Source of the DNA: Craspedostauros australis
Taxonomy: Eukaryota
Length of the DNA stretch: 47,674 bases
Reading direction: 5' to 3'
Assembly (NCBI GenBank): GCA_030167865.1
Contig: JALAGF010004655.1
Coordinates: forward strand, 62,001 to 109,674
Shown: piece by piece, positions 46,067 to 47,674 of the stretch
Numbering within the stretch: position 1 is the first letter of the stretch
How the letters are laid out: each line of letters begins with the position of its first letter
Position numbers and translations under genes: made by a program
The notes under the pieces: model-generated
Database searches by the model: none
What the model saw: the letters and a program-made list of their open reading frames with translations, nothing else
Told to the model about the DNA's origin: nothing

Positions 46067-47674
46067 ATGCCGAATGTTACAAACGAACAACTCGTTGATG
46101 CTGCCAAGGCAGGTGACTTGTCAGTGTTGAAGGAATGGAAGGAGCAGAACAAGACGCAGAATGAAGGAGTTGATGTCAACTGCAAAAGCGGCAGTGGTAT
46201 CACTCTCCTTCATTGGGCATGCCTTCACGGCCACCTGGAGTGTGTCAAGTACCTCATCGAATCATGTGGGGCCGACGCCAACTGCAAAGACAACAATGGA
46301 ACCATTCCCCTTCATGACGCATGCGCTACCGGCCACCTGGAATGTGTCAAGTACCTCATCGAATCATGTGAGGCGGACATCAACTGCAAAAACAACGACG
46401 GTCTCACTCCCCTTCATGTGGCATGCAAAAACGGCCAGCTGGAATGTGTGAAGCACCTCATCGAGTCATGTGAGGCAGACATCAACTGCAAAGACAACGA
46501 TGGCGTCACTCCCCTCCATCGGGCATGCCAAAATGGCCGGCTGGAGTGTGTGAAGTGCCTCATCCAATCATGCGGAGCTGACGCCAACTGTGAAGACAAG
46601 TTTGGTGGCACTCCCGTTCATCATGCATGCATCACTGGCCAGCTGGAATGTGTGAAGTACCTCATCAAATCATGCAGGGCCAACGTCAACTGCAAAACCA
46701 ACAAGGGCACCACTCCCCTTCAGCATGCATGCCTCGCTGGCCAACTGGGGTGTGTGAAGTACCTCATCGAATCATGCAGGGCTGACATCAACTGCAAAGA
46801 CAGGTTTCATAACACTCTCCTTCATCTCGCATGCCGCAACGGCCAGCTGGAGTGTGTGAAGTACCTCATCCAATCACACGGGGTCAACGTCAACCTCCAA
46901 AACTTGTTAGGTGCCACTCCCCTTCATCAAGCATGCATGAACGACCAGCTGGAGTGCATCGAGTACCTCATCGCATCAGCCAATGCCGATATCGACATCC
47001 AAGACAGTGACAACAAAACCCCTCTCGATGTGATCCGTACAATCGATCAACTCAATGTGGTGAAGTCAATCATCGCTGATCGCAGTCACCGCAACCAGCA
47101 ACAGCAACAGCAGTTGAAAGAGAACAAGCAGGAGAACGAGCAACTGAAGTGGCAGTTGAAACGGCAGAAGGAAGCAATGCAGGGCATGCTCTCGAACAGT
47201 CAACGAGAGAACGAACAACTGAAACGGCAGGTAGAATGGGAGGGGCAAGAGAAGAAAAAGAAGGACCAGGAGAGCGAACAACTGAAACAGCAGTTAGAAC
47301 GGGAGGGGCAAGAGAAGAATAAGAAGGAGCAGGAGAACAAGCAACTGAAACAGCAGTTGAAACAGCAGAAGGAAGCAATGCGGGGCATGCTCTCGAAAAG
47401 TCAGCGAGAGAACGAACAACTGAAGCTGGAGTTGGGACAGCAGAAGGAAGAAATGCAGCGCATGCTCTCGAAAAGTCAACGAGAGAGCGGACAACTGAAA
47501 CGGCAGTTGGAACGGGAGGGACAAGAAAAGAACAAGAAGGACCAGGAGAACAAGCAACTGAAATGGCAGATGAAACAGCAGTCGAAACAGCAATCGAAAC
47601 AGCAGAAGGAGGCAATGCAGGGCATGGTCTCGAAAACTCGACGGGAGAACGAACAGCTGAAACAGCAGTTGGAA
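46067..47674 (+). CDS. Ankyrin-repeat protein with modular coiled-coil tail; runs off the window (absent from the ORF track)
   Basis: Manual translation from ATG 46067 (MPNVTNEQLVDAAKAGDL...) is open to the window end. Eight 34-aa repeats of consensus NCK..G.TPLH.AC..G.LECVKYLIESC.AD, then ENEQLK-initiated coiled-coil modules. Confidence 0.93.
   Translation, partial: MPNVTNEQLVDAAKAGDLSVLKEWKEQNKTQNEGVDVNCKSGSGITLLHWACLHGHLECVKYLIESCGADANCKDNNGTIPLHDACATGHLECVKYLIESCEADINCKNNDGLTPLHVACKNGQLECVKHLIESCEADINCKDNDGVTPLHRACQNGRLECVKCLIQSCGADANCEDKFGGTPVHHACITGQLECVKYLIKSCRANVNCKTNKGTTPLQHACLAGQLGCVKYLIESCRADINCKDRFHNTLLHLACRNGQLECVKYLIQSHGVNVNLQNLLGATPLHQACMNDQLECIEYLIASANADIDIQDSDNKTPLDVIRTIDQLNVVKSIIADRSHRNQQQQQQLKENKQENEQLKWQLKRQKEAMQGMLSNSQRENEQLKRQVEWEGQEKKKKDQESEQLKQQLEREGQEKNKKEQENKQLKQQLKQQKEAMRGMLSKSQRENEQLKLELGQQKEEMQRMLSKSQRESGQLKRQLEREGQEKNKKDQENKQLKWQMKQQSKQQSKQQKEAMQGMVSKTRRENEQLKQQLE

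Noticed and set aside
47070-47615. Minus-strand repetitive ORFs (S/A/V/P- or L/F-rich)
   Set aside because: Antisense reads of the coiled-coil repeats in the plus-strand ankyrin gene.

Overview
Eukaryotic genomic DNA, almost certainly a diatom (probably pennate). The basis is GT-AG introns of 200-560 nt, signal peptide + 'AF' bipartite plastid-targeting N-termini, and diatom-expanded families (DUF6824, SVRF/WY/RGxE proteins, RNI-like proteins). The first ~40 kb is ordinary gene-dense chromosome with about 16 genes: sulfotransferase-like, EEP phosphatase, PABPN1, two methyltransferases, HSBP1, IMP1 peptidase, TraB-like, ABCG, CRAL-TRIO, DUF6824, tRNase Z and several hypothetical proteins. Four of these have to be reconstructed by splicing. 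The last ~7 kb is accessory-looking. It holds an apparently complete ~4.1 kb PIF/Harbinger-superfamily (PHIS) DNA transposon with a DDE transposase, a convergent Myb/SANT-like partner ORF, imperfect TIRs, a subterminal palindrome and a non-canonical target-site signature. A 38-bp minisatellite follows. The window ends in an ankyrin-repeat/coiled-coil gene missing from the ORF track, whose eight exact 102-bp repeats vary mostly at ligand-contact positions. A strongly codon-biased 32-aa ORF upstream of an RVxF-containing protein is also notable. All family calls come from motif recognition by eye; no searches were run.
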